NCBI RefSeq assembly: GCF_001194135.2
Contig: NC_068984.1
Location: forward strand, 146,268,704 to 146,332,703
Origin: Octopus bimaculoides
Taxonomy: Eukaryota
DNA length: 64,000 nt
Reading direction: 5' to 3'
Part shown: in pieces, positions 25,249 to 39,393 of the stretch
Layout: each line of letters begins with the position of its first letter
Position numbering within the stretch: position 1 is the stretch's first letter
The notes under the pieces: generated by a model
Told to the model about the DNA's origin: nothing
Seen by the model: only the letters and a program-made list of their open reading frames with translations
Database searches by the model: none
Position numbers and translations under genes: made by a program

Positions 25249-26299
25249 GTCCAAAATCACCTACCAATTCTATGAATATAGGGACTTTCTATAGAGTTTT
25301 ACAGTTTATGGCGAGCAATCACATAGAAATGTCTGGATTTCAATTCCACGAAATATTGGCTGTCCTGAATTGTCTCCCTTTGCAGCTACAACTTCGTTTA
25401 CAGACATTATGATTGGTGGAAAGAATGATAGAAAGCGAGGCTTTCATTGGTCCCTTCCATTTCTCCTCTTTTCTAATCATCTCTCTCTTTCTCTCTCACT
25501 ATCTATCTGTCTATTTCCCGGCCTTGCAACCTTTTGTTCTATTTATCTATCTACTTCGTGCTCTCTCTATCTATCTATTCATCTATGTATCTCTCTATCT
25601 ATCTCTCTCCCACTAAGGCTTTCTGTAAATTAACATATCATTTCTTTGCCATAAAATTAAACTTGGTTGGAATGAACTGCATGTCTGTGTCAAATGTCTA
25701 AAACATCGGCATTTCTCTAAATTATATTTGAATTTACGATCGGCTTGTTATAAATGATAATATATCTTTTTGTTCAACGGAATCAGACATGCTTCTTTTT
25801 TCTTTTTCTTTCTATTTTCGTCCTCAATGTTTTCTTCATACGAGAAGCTGAGTGTAACCCAAACACTGACTTCTCCTATGATAATTCCGTTTACATCTTG
25901 GATGCTTTATAAGGAATATTAAATTGACATCAATACTTGCCTAGTATTTCATTCTATCAATCCTGGAAGAATTATATTTTAAAAACAGACAATTTAAAAA
26001 GAAACAGCGATTCTTCATGTCATGGCCATTAAACCCCACAAGAAAATACCAAACCCGACAAACGTCATTAAAATTTACAGATTTTTTTTCTTTCAGTTTA
26101 TAAAGATGCAAATGGAGTTCTAAATACCAATTATATGTCATGCAAGAAACCATGCCAAAGCAGATCCCTTGGACTCATCAGATCCTGTTTAACTATCCAA
26201 CCCATACCATTATGGAACATAGATGTTAAGTGATGATGATACTTCAAAGACCTGCTTGCCATCATTTGCAACAACCCCACACCTCCAACACAACCTTTA

Positions 26300-26690
26300 G
26301 TTTTCCTTAATCTTCCTCATCCAAAGCATCGTTCACATGCTACCTGAAAACCTCTCACTAAATCTGCACAGAGTTCATGAACAAAGGCATGGAAAGCAGT
26401 CTCAAAATGGAGTCATGCTGATAGTCTTCTTCAAATCTCCAGTAACACAACCACAACACACATCTAGAATTCAGTCGAATGCTAAATCTCACTCAGCACA
26501 GTAATCTCTAACCCTCAAAGTAAGCTGATCTTATGCCACCTCCACTCTCCTCATCTTGTCATGCATATTGTGCTCCTGCACTTAACAAAACAACCCTCTC
26601 ATACAAGAATCTCCTGGCTAAGCTCCCTGCCTATGGACTTCCTCCAGCGCTTGTTTCTCAACCTGCTATAAACAGCAGTGCGATCTGGTT
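26300..26690 (+). mobile_element. CR1/L2/Jockey-superfamily LINE reverse transcriptase remnant
   Basis: Fragment NLLAKLPAYGLPPALV at about 26595-26650, typical of the RT H--LL-KL--YG motif. Confidence 0.5.
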
Positions 26691-29339
26691 GTGATTTGTT
26701 ACAAGGTTGAGCAACCCTGCAGAGGGCTTCCTCATGTGTAAGAAGAGATGCATTATGCAAATGGCTGACATCTGCTTGATGAAAGCGTGCTGTGTGTTAA
26801 CAGTGGATGGTAATCTGATAACCACATGCCAACAGTAGAAGATGGTACCCAGATGGAAACTGACAATGGAAGAGTTTGATCTGAAAATGCTAGATTGTTT
26901 CTTGTTTTAAACAAACAGGGAAACATTACATGAAAGATTCCTAGATACCCTTAAAACAGGGATGGATTGATTTTATCAGAGACTCAGTCTCAATCAAAAT
27001 TAACTTGAGGTTAAACAACAACAATATATCAAGACAAGGTCAAGGGTTTCTTTCAGTTTTTTTTTTTCTTTAAGCATAAATTAGATGTGTGCAAGTCCCA
27101 GGCAAGTATTAAGATTGATCTGATTGACAACACTCCTTTTGTGGCCTTGCGTCTCAGAAATCTTTATTAATAGCTATTGAAACACCAGTAACAGTAGCTT
27201 ACAAACATTTTAAACAGTTCTGTGCAACTAGAACTAGAGATAATTTTAGTCATTATGTTGGCAGTAAGGCAAAATTAATTTCACAATGAAACTGTGTAAA
27301 AAAGGGAAGGGCTTGCCAAATTGCCAAAATGGCCCAAAATAATAATAACAATAATATGTAAGCACTAGAAAGCTGCTTCTATTGTTTGGATGTTTGCCAA
27401 GTGAAAAAATTCCATCTTCTTACAAATGCTTACAGAATTTTCATCTTATTCTGTTATTCAATTTGCACTAAAATTATATTTATATAATTGGCTGAGTGGT
27501 TATGTTACTTACTTTGCAACCCTGTGGTTTTGGGTTCAGTCCCACAGTGTGGCACTTTGAGCAAGGGTCTTCTACTATAGCTTTGGGTTGACCAATACCT
27601 AACAAGTGAATTTGGTAGATGGAAACTGAAAGAAGTGTCTTGTGTGTGTGTGCTTTTCTTGATATTGCATGGTAGTTGTAAACAAGTGCCACTGTTGTAC
27701 AAACAATGTCATTTATTTCCAATATTCTGTGAAAACATGTCTGGCCATGGAGAAATATTACCTTGCTTAAAAGTGGGTGGGGGTTGGTGAGAGGAAGGGC
27801 ATCCAGCAGTAAAAGACCTGCCTCGACAAATTCCATCTGACCCATGCAAGCATGGAAAAGTGGACATTAAAATAATGACGACAGTGACACCCTGCTAGCA
27901 ACCCAAGGGTTCAGAGTTCTGTATATATTGGAGGGCGTCATTGTGGTGTCCATGGCAAAGACATCACTCTCTCTGGTAAAGTCCACCAAATGAAAGAAAA
28001 GATGTTTCATGGATCATTAAAAGAAGAAGCCAGTTGTTTAACACTGAATCCATGGTGTGAAGGAAAAGAGATACAAAGTTCTGTTTCTAAAGACAAACAC
28101 AGATAACATTCTCAGATGATTCAACAGAGAATTTTTGAGATTTAGTTGAAATGAGGTAATCTTTTATGGCTTACTTGTTTCAGTCATTAGACTCTGGCCA
28201 TGCTGGGGCACCACCTTGAAGGTGTTTTTTAGACAAACAAATCCCACACTTCAATATTTATTGTTCTTTTATGCTGAACCGCTAAGTTACAAGGATGTAA
28301 CAAACCAACACTGGTTGTCAAACACACACACACACGATAGGCTTTCACACAGTGAAAGGATGTTTGTAAAGTGCCATTTAGTGAGAGGAGGCACTGAATT
28401 CTAAAAACAAACTGGGATTTATTGAATAAACAGAAATAAGAAAATGTTGCTACAGAGTAAGGCCACCAAATGCTGCCACACTGGTTTAATATTCTGTATT
28501 TTGAAGAGATATTTCTTCAATGAATGTATTATAAAAAATATCAAATATTATTATTATGTTTGAAAATGGAAAGATCTAATGGATCTAGCCATAGAAACCT
28601 TGCAAAATTAGGCTGGAGCCTGGTTCAGCTCTGGTCAAACCTTCCAACCCATGCCAGCATGGACAGCAGACATCAGATGACGACAATGAAGTTATGTATA
28701 CAGCACAAGCTTCTGTGTAGTTTTCATCTCTTAAAGTCGCTCATTGGTTGGCCTGTGGCTATAGAAGAAGACATTTGCCTGAAACTATTTGAGAAATGAA
28801 CTTTTTTCAACACTCAGCTACGCTCACACCAGGAAAAGAAAACAAGAACACAAAAACAATAACGTTGGTCAATGGATAATGTTTTCAGTTTACTAGCAGG
28901 TATGGGAGATAACTCTGGATACATTTCAGTCTTCTTGTGACAACCCCTGAGAAGCAAAGACACAACTGTATTTCTTAAAATGGTTACGAAGGAATCAAAT
29001 TATTCAGTAATACTACCTGCATGAGAAAAAAATATACCATGAAGATGAAGAAATATTTGCTGCTTTCTTTTTGAAATTGAAAGTTTCATTCTAAGTGCAT
29101 AGTAATGCTCAGTATTGCATTTTTTTTCATGATTGTCTAACTGGAGCTGATTAAAAATTTAAGCAATTTATGGACACTGATTGAGACAAAGTCAATTTGG
29201 TAAGAAAGTATTAAAGGACCAACATAGTCAGAGATAGGAATATATTTTGAGGTAAATGCATTTGTCTCTCATGTACTCTGATATTGCACATCCAGTGGAG
29301 CATACCAGCTTTGTTCCTCTCTAATCTTCACATGTCCTC

Positions 29340-31375
29340 TGCTTTCAGGGCCCATGTCTCACTACCATGTAGCATTGGAGTTCATATACATGCACCATAC
29401 AATCTTCCTTTGTAGAAAGAGACCTTTGGTTGCCAACAGAGATAAAAACTCTCTGAATTTTCTCCATCCTCTTCTTATTCTGGAAATTATGCTTTTGGTA
29501 CATCCTCCTCCACTCCAAATTAGATCCCTTATCGGGAAGAAATATCTACAACTTCCAGAGCACCATTGAGACATTTGAAGAAATCAGTTTCCCATTTAAC
29601 TGTAGTCTTTATGGCTCTTATATATCTTTCACATACAAGCACTACATTCTCTGTTAACCTTCCTACTATTCCACTGCCTCACTTGTGTGTCCATAGTTTG
29701 CACAGAGTGCACCAAACAGAATTCCTGCCTATACCTTTCCTATAAATTGAGCAAAGCCATTTACCTGAAGTGGGTAGGATCCTGTCTGATTTTTTCACTT
29801 ACAAAGAGACCTTGGTCTTTGATTAGTTAAAACCCTTTAATTGTAGGTTTTGTTTCCACACCTGGAATTTCTTTTCTAGTTCTGTTACAGATTCTGCCAC
29901 GAGGGCAAAATCATCAATATATAATAGTTTCCATGAGCTTCCAGTCTTAAATTCCTCTGTTAGGGCCTGGAGGATGATGATAAATAGAAGGGAGCTGAGG
30001 ATTGAGCCTTAGTATACACCTACCTGTACACTAAATTCATCACTGTACTCATGGCTATCTCTTACCTTACTAACAGCACCCTTGTCCATAGCCTATACTG
30101 CTTTCACAAGGCATTCATCTGCCCGTAACCTCCTCAAAGACCATAATATTATAGAATGAGGTACTCTGTCAAAGGTTTTCTCCAGATCAACAAATGCCAA
30201 GTACAATGGCTTATTATTAGCTAAATACTTGAAGTTGCCTGACTATGAAGATAGCATCAGTAGTGCTTCTCCCCAGGGCAAAGCCAAATTGCATGTCATC
30301 TAGCTGAATTCTGTTCCTAATGAATTGTGCTAGAACTCTCTCTGTAACTTTCATCACCTGGTCCACCACTTTGATGCCTCCATAACTGCTTCTAAAGCAT
30401 CTCCCTCATCCTTGTAGCAGCTAACAATATTTATGCTACACCAGTCATTTGGTATCATGCCTTCCTGAATAACCTGATTAACTATGCAGGTGATAAAACC
30501 GTATCCTACTCTTTCAGATATTTTAAGCATCTCAACATTGACTCCTGATGGACAACGAGCTTTCCTTGTCTTCATATCTTTAATTGGCTTTTCTATGATA
30601 TTGCTGTCCCTCTGTTGGGTTCACATGGAGGAGACTCCCTCTCCCATTCATTCTCCACATTTAATGCCCTTTTATAGTAGATCTTCTCTGCCTCTTTCTT
30701 TAAGTGCAAGCAAACCACTCTTCCTCTGTACACACTTCTCTCCAACACACTCTAGCAATACAGAACACCTCAAGTCTCTGATCTTTACACTGTGAGTCGC
30801 TGGCAAACCTCTTCATTTCTGCTTCTACCCTAGCTAGGTAAACCTGATGCCTAACTTCCTTTTTAGCTATCTGATATGGGTCTTTGCTTCCCCCACTTTC
30901 CAAACCCATCTCTTCTCTTTTATGGCCCTACCGATCTCACTGTTCCTCTACCATGTCACCCTTGGTCTGGCAGAAGTTTTGCTCCAGCCACAGATTGGGC
31001 TTTTACCTTCAGTAGATTGTGCCATAAGAACTTCCAGACGTACTCTATGTCATATGTGTCTGTCTCTTCCTCCTTCTCATCAAAACTTTCATTAAAAACA
31101 TCTCTAAATCTCAGCCTGTTTGAAGGATTCTTGTGCTTCCATAACCTCCTTTCCTATGCGGAGTTGTTCATTCTTCACTGTTTCTGGTGAGAATATAATC
31201 AACCTGGCTAGTGATCAGATGGTTTCCTGAAGTTAGTGTTGCAAATCAGTAATTCATTTGCATCACAGAACTCCAGCTGTTTTTTCCCTCTCCTCATTTC
31301 TAGAACCAAAGCCACAACTTCCATGCACACCATGGAATCCATCTACATGTCTCCGCTTGATTATTTCAACAATTT
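29340..31375 (-). mobile_element. Degenerate RTE-clade LINE (3' endonuclease part and reverse transcriptase)
   Basis: Broken frames encode ...KARCPSGVNVEMLK..GYGFITCIVNQVIQEGMIPNDWCS..IVSCYK..GDAL and RYFFPIRDLIWSGGGC..SIISRIRRGWRKFREFL.LLATKGL...SETW; multiple stops and frameshifts. Confidence 0.88.
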
Positions 31376-32079
31376 CTACTGTTTTTCAAATATCATTTAA
31401 AAAGCATAGGTCAGCCCAAGGATATAGTTAACAGGAGCCACACAGTAGGATTGAACCTAAAACAAGATGGTTGTAAAATGAACTTCTTAACCACATTCCC
31501 AATTTATATGGACATCATCAATGTTATAGCTCTCACATCAGCTTGTGAGGATATATAAGAAGGAACACAGAAGATAGTGTGAAATCTTTTGTTTTAATAT
31601 CTTCTTCAGGTTGAATAAAGTTCTAATGAAAGATGATATTATGTTCAGTAACGGTTTGAGCAAATCTTTATTGAAAAATAGAGTGAAAGCATTCATCTAA
31701 TATTTACATTCCATGAAATACTTTTGAAAGTACCATTCACAAATTAAAAAAAAAAAAAAAATGAAACAAAAAGCAGAACATTTTCAATGATTTTTGTTTT
31801 CCCATTCAGTTTGTGTGTGTGTGTGTGTACACACATGAGTGGACAAACAAAAGAAAGTGGCACTCGACACATTTGGTAGGAGTTACATGTATTATTGTTT
31901 AAAACAGTTTTAATCAGCCCTGTACGACTTAAAGTTTCATCAACTTATTAAGACAAACACATTTCATCAGACATTTGAAGAGTTTTCTCCAAACTCTCCC
32001 TCAGATGCCTCATGAGATGGGTTCATTGTCTGAGACTACAAACTTTTATGTTATAAGGAACCGAGTCAAACTAATATCA

Positions 32080-32227
32080 AATCATGTGTGTGTGTATATA
32101 TGCACACACACACACACACACATGTGTTTGTATGTATATGACATATACATCTATATAAACATGCATTGTATCTAAATAAATATATACATATAAACTATAT
32201 GTACATGCAGCCTGCTAGCATTTGTAC

Positions 32228-32262
<35 letters not shown>

Positions 32263-33480
32263 CACACACATACATTTTATGCATGCATGTATATATATAT
32301 ATATATATATATATACATGCATATGTGCATAAAATGTATGTATGTATGTGTTTGTATATATACACACAACTACTAGAAGGATACATGCACATGTAGTATA
32401 CTTGATGGATACAAGTCACATGACAGAATAAGAGAATTAAATGATTTAGAAAAACAGTAATTCTTTACCAAAGTGTTTCCCTGGGTCTTTGACTGGTGGG
32501 AGAAGGCCCCTTCAAAGTTGGGGGCCAATGCCAGCTGGCATACCCGATTTCTTTCCCTGTATATGCTCGTATGTGTGTGTGCATGTGTGCGCGCGCATAC
32601 ACACTAATATTTATATATATAAATAAATCTATATATATATATATATATGCGTGTGTGTCTATACACACACAGAAATACACACAGGTGCATGCACATACAC
32701 ACACATGAATTCACACATTCAGACTTTCTAAATTTTTTTATTATTCAGTCATGTGACTTCCATTTTTTATTTACTAGAATTCATTTCTTTTATTTAGTTA
32801 ATTAAAATATTATTTGCATTAGAGTTTTTATGGGCTACAGAAAAAAAAAAGAAAATATGTGATATGAGGAAATGTATTTTTGCTAGCATGCTTTCATTTA
32901 ATTGAAATATTTTGAGTTGAAAATTTAAGTTGTCAAATTTATGGTCTATGTACATAGAAACTTCATTGCCATGCTACATACAATACCAGTAAATATCATA
33001 CATACATATGCATATATATATAATATATATACATACACACATATACATATATACACACAACCACACACATACCCTCCACACATATATACATATTTACAAA
33101 TGCTCATATATATATATATATATATATATATTTATGTGTACATACATGTATATATGTGATGTGGGTGTATACTGTCTTTTATATGTGTATGTAGATATAC
33201 ATATATATAAATACATGTTTTCATATGTATGTGTACAAACACAAAAGAGTAATACATATATATATATGTGTGTGTATATATATATATTGACATCTATGTC
33301 ATGGTGTGTGTGTGTGTGTTTGTGTGTATCTATGTATATCTGTCCATTCACCCGTCACTCTCTTTCTGAGAGAGAGTGTATGAATTATACACACATGCAC
33401 AGAAACACACTTATGCATACAGACATCCGTATATGCAGGCATGCACACACAAAACGTATTCAGACACTTGTACACTTGTT
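32080..33480. repeat. Dense (TA)n/(CA)n/(TG)n microsatellite field, probably within the RhoGAP 3'UTR
   Basis: Immediately downstream of the RhoGAP stop on the minus strand; AATAAA (minus) candidates near 32740, 32790 and 31670. Confidence 0.7.
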
Positions 33481-33591
33481 ATATATCGACTTAAACAGTG
33501 GCCCATACAAAATAATTTAGTTAAACACAAAATTCGGAATTTGGTGTTTTTATGGAAATTGGTCATTTGCAGTTGGGAATTTGCTGCCAAT

Positions 33592-33677
33592 TCATCTTTT
33601 TTTTATCACCCATTCGGCACCAGGGTTTATTCGGTGTATTGCTGTTACTAAGGCATTAGATTTAAGGCATCGCTCTC
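33592..33677 (-). CDS. ARHGAP18: RhoGAP terminal exon ((G)[27 protein letters not shown])
   Basis: cctattgcag|, phase 1; ERCL...NP-AEWVIK family C-terminus; TGA at 33594-33592. Confidence 0.93.
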
Positions 33678-35246
33678 CTGCAATAGGAAATTAAAAAAAT
33701 AAAGAAAAGGGGAAAAGTTAGAATAAATGAGAGGTTTTAAGAGTTCTTGTAAAAAAAGTAGATGTCAGAAATTGTGAACACAAACAACTAACACCATGTT
33801 TATCACATGAACAACATTTAACACTTGAGGAGAAGAAAGCAAGTGTAGTGGGGCAGGGTTTAATGATTTGTATGCAGTTATGTCACTTCATAATGGGAGG
33901 TGATAGGCTGTTGGCCTTCATTCTTCCAAAATGGTAAGTATCATTAATGTGCTAAGATAAATTCCCAATCGGCAGAAACACAGCCCTCTGGGTGGTTTTT
34001 CTGCTAGTGCATGTCATCTTCCGTTGCATGAAAATGCTGCGATGGCCATATTTGCCAAATATATATAATAAAAAATTTCTAATTTTGATATGCTAAATAG
34101 AAATAGTGTAAAAACTTTCATAGATGTTCTTAAAATATATTAGAGTGTGCTGGGAAAAGATGAACGCTATTAAATGAAATAACAGGGCATGGGGATACAA
34201 ATGAAGTTTGTGAGAGAGACAAGAGAGAAAGATTGAAGAGAAAAGGACACTGGGAAAAATATGAAGAGTGAAAAATAAAAAAAAAAAGCTATAAAGATAG
34301 AGAAATAGAAAGACTAATTAGAATAGAGGTGGTAAGCAAAGAAGGGACAGAGAGAGGAAGAGTGAGCGAGAGAGAGAGAGGCAGCGTTGCAAAGAAATAG
34401 TAAAAAAAAAGGATACTAATGTAAGATATAAAAATAAAACATGTTACACTGAATAGAAATTAGTTTTCTCATTAGTGTACAGTTGAAAGCTCCAATAATA
34501 ATTAATTGGAAACAATGTGAATAAATAAGGATTACATTTTACAGAGTAATGTGAATGCTAAAAGAAGGGGATAGGGGTGGACACATTTGTCCAGGCCCTT
34601 AATCCCAAAACAATCAACAAAGTTTCACTTTTACACTTCTAAAAACAAATTTAATCAAAGCTCTTCATACTCACCAATGTTACCGCCAACTTCATAAAGG
34701 TAAAGTTGAGGTAGCTGCTGTTGCTGATGGTGATAATGATGATGATGACTGTGGTGAGGCTGGTTTTGCCATTTTTGGTAAGAATCACTAGAAAGAAGAA
34801 AATTATAGAAATAAATTTTACTGTCATCAGGGGTGTATGGAGGGTGCAGGTGGGGAGTTTAGGCATTTGATGGGACATAAGACCTTGCAGGTCGAGTAGC
34901 CCCTCCCGCTCAAAAGATCCCTGAATAAGGGTTGTTTAAGGATGTTGAGCAAAACACCCATGTTTCCAAAGTTGAATCGTTTAAACCCCAAAGAATTCCT
35001 CTCAACACATGGCTATGATGCTCCCCCACTACTTCTGCTCATGATCAGATATGCCCATATCATCAGCCACTAAGGGACATGCTCAACTGGTTAAGGTCAA
35101 ACAACTGACAAGCAAATCTGTGGTATTAAGCAGAATATTTGTTGTAGCCTATTTTTTATACCAAGACAAAACAATGTACATGATAACACTTCCAATCAAT
35201 TAAGATCAGAAGCCATGAAAGCCACTGCTTGGTACTGCATCAGGGC

Positions 35247-35278
<32 letters not shown>

Positions 35279-37926
35279 TCATTCAGCCCTAGGACCTATA
35301 AGGCCAGTTACTTAGTTTCTATGGCATTTAATTGACTGAGAGCATCACATTTCCCCTGAACAGGTTGCTGGTTCTTTGCAAGGTCCAAGGCCAGCAACTT
35401 TTGAGGGGAGGGGCTAGATCAATTACAGCAATCCCAGTACTTGACTGATATTTCATTTTATTAACCCCAAAGGGATTAAAGGCAAATCTTACCTTGGCAG
35501 GATTTGAACACAGAATGTAAGGAGCCAAAAGAAATGCTACTAATTGCCCATTGCCTGCCATCCATGGTCATCCTGGTTTTTTACATAGGCACAATACACC
35601 CATTGCTACATTACCCAATGTCCAAGGACCTTGTTTTTGGTGATGGAACTGCTAATAACAGCACAAACAATAAATAAATCCAAATAAATCGTTCTGTGCT
35701 GGTTGTCTTACCTTTTGTTCTCATTAAAATGATGTTCCATTTTCTGCACATGGAATAGAATATCTTCCACAGTCAAAGCATCAAAGAGTTGTATTCTTGT
35801 TGATTTTGATAAATGAGGCACTTGAATGTCAATCATATCTAATTGGTCAGGTGACTAAAAAGGAAAACAAACAAACAATGAATAACTAATTAGGCTGTAA
35901 TTTTAATTTTAATTTCTATACCCTAATGTGCAGGCATGGTTGTATGGTTGCTTAGCAACCATGCGGTTTTGAGCTTACTCCCACTGCGCAGCATCTTGGG
36001 CTGGTGTCTTCTACTCAGGCCCAAGCTGGCCAATGCCGCATGAGTGAATTTGGGAGATGGAAACTGTGTGGAAGCTCATCACATATATATTTATACAACT
36101 ATGTGTCACGTATGTTAAGTCACATTTGTGTGTGTATCACATGTATGTACAATGTGCATGTCTTTGTTTGCTTGCCCCCCGCCCTGCTTGAAAACTGGTG
36201 TTGGTTCGTTTATGTTTCTATAACTTAGTGGTTGAGCAAAGGAGACTGATAGAAGACCAGACTTAAAAAATAACTAAGGGGTCGATTTGTGCAGCTAAAC
36301 ACTTGAACACTTCAAGCTGGAATCCCAGCATCGCCGCAGTCCAATGACTGCAACAAGTAACAGATAGAAGTGGTCGTAAATAGCTTTCATTATCATCATT
36401 TTTTACGTCTACTTTTCCATGCTGGCATGAGTTAGATGGCTCCTTTCCAATACTGCAGCTCCCCATTTCTTGCATTCCTTTATCTCAAACTTTTTCAGGT
36501 CCAACATCTTGAGATCAGATTTCATCATTTCTGCTAATGTCTTCTTTGGTCTTTCTCTTCCACAGTTTACTTCCTCTTGGATCTCCTGGAACTCCTTTAC
36601 ACGTCTGTTATTAGCCATTTAAGAGGAATCTGGCTGCTGCTTCATGTAGCTCAAAGATCTATGTAGAGGCTCCTACATGTGTTTGGTGGCAAGCTTCTGG
36701 TGAAGCATGTCTGCTACTCTTAATTCAATCTTTGCTTGGAGTTATTTCCATTACATCACACATTCTTCAGAAAAAAAAAAAATTGAAAAAGGCCTAACAA
36801 CTCTCATTCTTAAGACTTTTAGGGGTCAACAGGGCTAATCCTTTATTAATAGATAAGCTGGGTCACAAAAGATCAAGGCATTGATTGTTTATTGATGTAG
36901 GCTTTTGCATAAATAAATATGTGTATATACACAAACTGAAGCAGACACATCATTTCACATAAACACACTATGCCACAATCACATACGCACACACATACAT
37001 ACACAAACCACAGTGCACACACCACATACAATACACACGTATGCACTCTTTGCACAAGACACATACAACACAAACATACATTGCACCAAACCACATTTAC
37101 AAACAAACATGTAAATATAAGCTTCTTTTTTTAATACTTACCTCAAACAAATGAGTTTTTTTCACTGGTTCTTTCTTGCCAGGAATTTTTAATTTCTGCA
37201 ATAAATAAAATAGCCATCTCTGTATCATACCTAATGTATATACAATAAACTGATAGGCCAGTTACAGCAGTATTTGTCCTGAGATAACATCTCTGTTAAA
37301 AATACACATACAGAGAGAGATGAAAATTCATTTCAGCAATGGCCAGCCAAAAGTGACCGGATGCATTTCAGCCTCCTACTCTCCATTTCAATGGTGAATA
37401 TTCAGAGCCAGTCAAGTGCTTGCATGAACATGTATCATTGTCTCTTATATGTACAAAAGGTGAACAAAACATTGATAATAATAATAATGATGACAATGAC
37501 CCACAGCAAAAACGAGAGGTAACACTGAACTGGGCCACATATAATGTAATAAAATGTAGAAAAAACCCCCCCAAAAAACAAGAAAAGAAAAAAAAAATGG
37601 CAGATAGATACCCAAGATTTTCTGGTTATTTCCAATTCATAGCGGCGTCTCAATTGCTGGATCATTGATGGAGGGATCTAAGAGGAACAAAGAGAAATAT
37701 TTAGTTTAGTATTCAGAAATGAAGATCAGGGATTTATTCCCAACTACAGTAAATGGTTTCAAATTTTGGCATAAAAAAGCAGCAATTTTTTATGGGGAGG
37801 AGGAAGTCAATTACATCAACGCCAGTACACAACTGGTACTTATTTTATCGGCCCTGAAAAGGATGACAAGCAAAGCATTTTGTCAACGTGTTAACAATTC
37901 TGCTGGCTGGCCACCTTATTTCCAAC

Positions 37927-37959
<33 letters not shown>

Positions 37960-39393
37960 CCTTTCTATTATAGCCACAAGGCCTGAAATCTGAGGGAGGG
38001 GGATAGTTGATTACATTGACCCCAGGAATCAAGTGGTACTTAATTTATCGACCCTGAAAGGATAAAAGGTAAAATCGACCTTGGCAGAATTTGAACTCAG
38101 AATGTAGCAATGGGCGAAATACCGCTAAGTGTTTCATCCAGCATGTTAACAATTCTGCCAAGTCACCACCTTATTCATCATCATCATCATCGTTTAACAT
38201 CCGCTTTCCATGCTAGCATGGGTTGGACGATTTGACTGAGGACTGGTGAAACCAGATGGCAACACCAGGCTCCAGTCTGATTTGGCAGAGTTTCTACAGC
38301 TGGATGCCCTTCCTAACAACAACAATAATAATCCTTTCTACTAGAAGCACAAGGCCCCAAATTTGGGGAAGAGATTAAGTTGATTACATCGATCCCAGTG
38401 TGTAACTGGTACTTAATTTATCAACCCTGAAAAGATGAAAGGCAAAGTAGATCTCAGCGGAATTTGAACTCAGAATGTAATGGTAGATGAAATACCACTA
38501 GGCATTTCACACGGAATGCTGACGATACTGCCAGCTCACTGCCTTAATAATAATAATAACAATAATAACAATAACAATAATAATAATTTCTTTCTAATTA
38601 TAGCACAAGGCCAGTAATTCTGTGGCTCCCCAGACTTGCCTGGTTCTTATTTTATCAATCCTGATAAGATGAAAAGCAAAGTTGATCTTGATGGAACTTG
38701 GATGCAGAATGTAAGAAGTTGGAAAAATACCACAAATGAATTTTGTCTGATGTTTTAACAATTCCTGCAGCTCATTTAGTGTACAAACTGACCATATCCA
38801 GCCCAAATATTTTACCTGTCTTATGTTCAGTCTGATCAGGTCCAGCCTCTCTTACCGCCCCTACAATGTCATTCTACATATAAACAGTCACATCAACAAA
38901 ATCTTGAAACTATAATCCATGATTAATACAAAACAATGTGAATAAACGAGGATTACATTGGACAAAATAATCTGAATGCTAAAGGGTTAAATACATTAAA
39001 TGATTATAAAAAAAAATGTCACAGAAAGTAGAGTGACAATAATGGCATCTGGATATTAAAGTTTTGAGTTGTAGTCACTTTAAGGAACAATTCTGACTTT
39101 TATCCCAGCAGAATTTAACCCTTTTGTCATCAGATTTCTGTTGAGATACATTGCTTTTGTTTCAATTAATTTTGAAAATAATGAAGAACTTATGAAAATA
39201 ACAGTCGTTAACAGTGTTTGGAAAACAAATTGACCTGAAATTTTGATAGGTTTTAATTAAGATCACTTTAAAACAGGTTCTGTCTCAGGCAGGTTGGTAT
39301 TGAAAGGGTTTAGAGTTTGAGAGAGAGCAAGAGAGAGAGCGAGAGCGAGAGAGAGAGCGAGAGCGAGAGAGAGAGCGAGAGCGAGAGAGAGAG

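Larger units (their letters stand above)
16200..26060. promoter_or_regulatory. CpG-retaining (putatively unmethylated) domain, probably containing the ZNF385-like promoter and regulatory region
   Basis: Visibly high CpG density, and repeat copies here keep CpGs that are TpG/CpA in sister copies inside the genes. Boundaries are approximate. Confidence 0.6.

Noticed and set aside
27890-28115. About 75-codon plus-strand open frame (...GRHCGVHGKDITLSGKVHQMKEK...)
   Set aside because: No credible acceptor or early start and no recognisable homology; within the chance range.
32505-32528. ggcccc...ggggcc hairpin as a histone-type stem-loop
   Set aside because: The loop is 10 nt rather than 4, and no histone ORF lies upstream.
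32166-33651. Many ORFs rich in YI, CV, TH and HT, here and elsewhere (43964-44318, 61915-63750)
   Set aside because: Translations of dinucleotide microsatellites, which lack stop codons.
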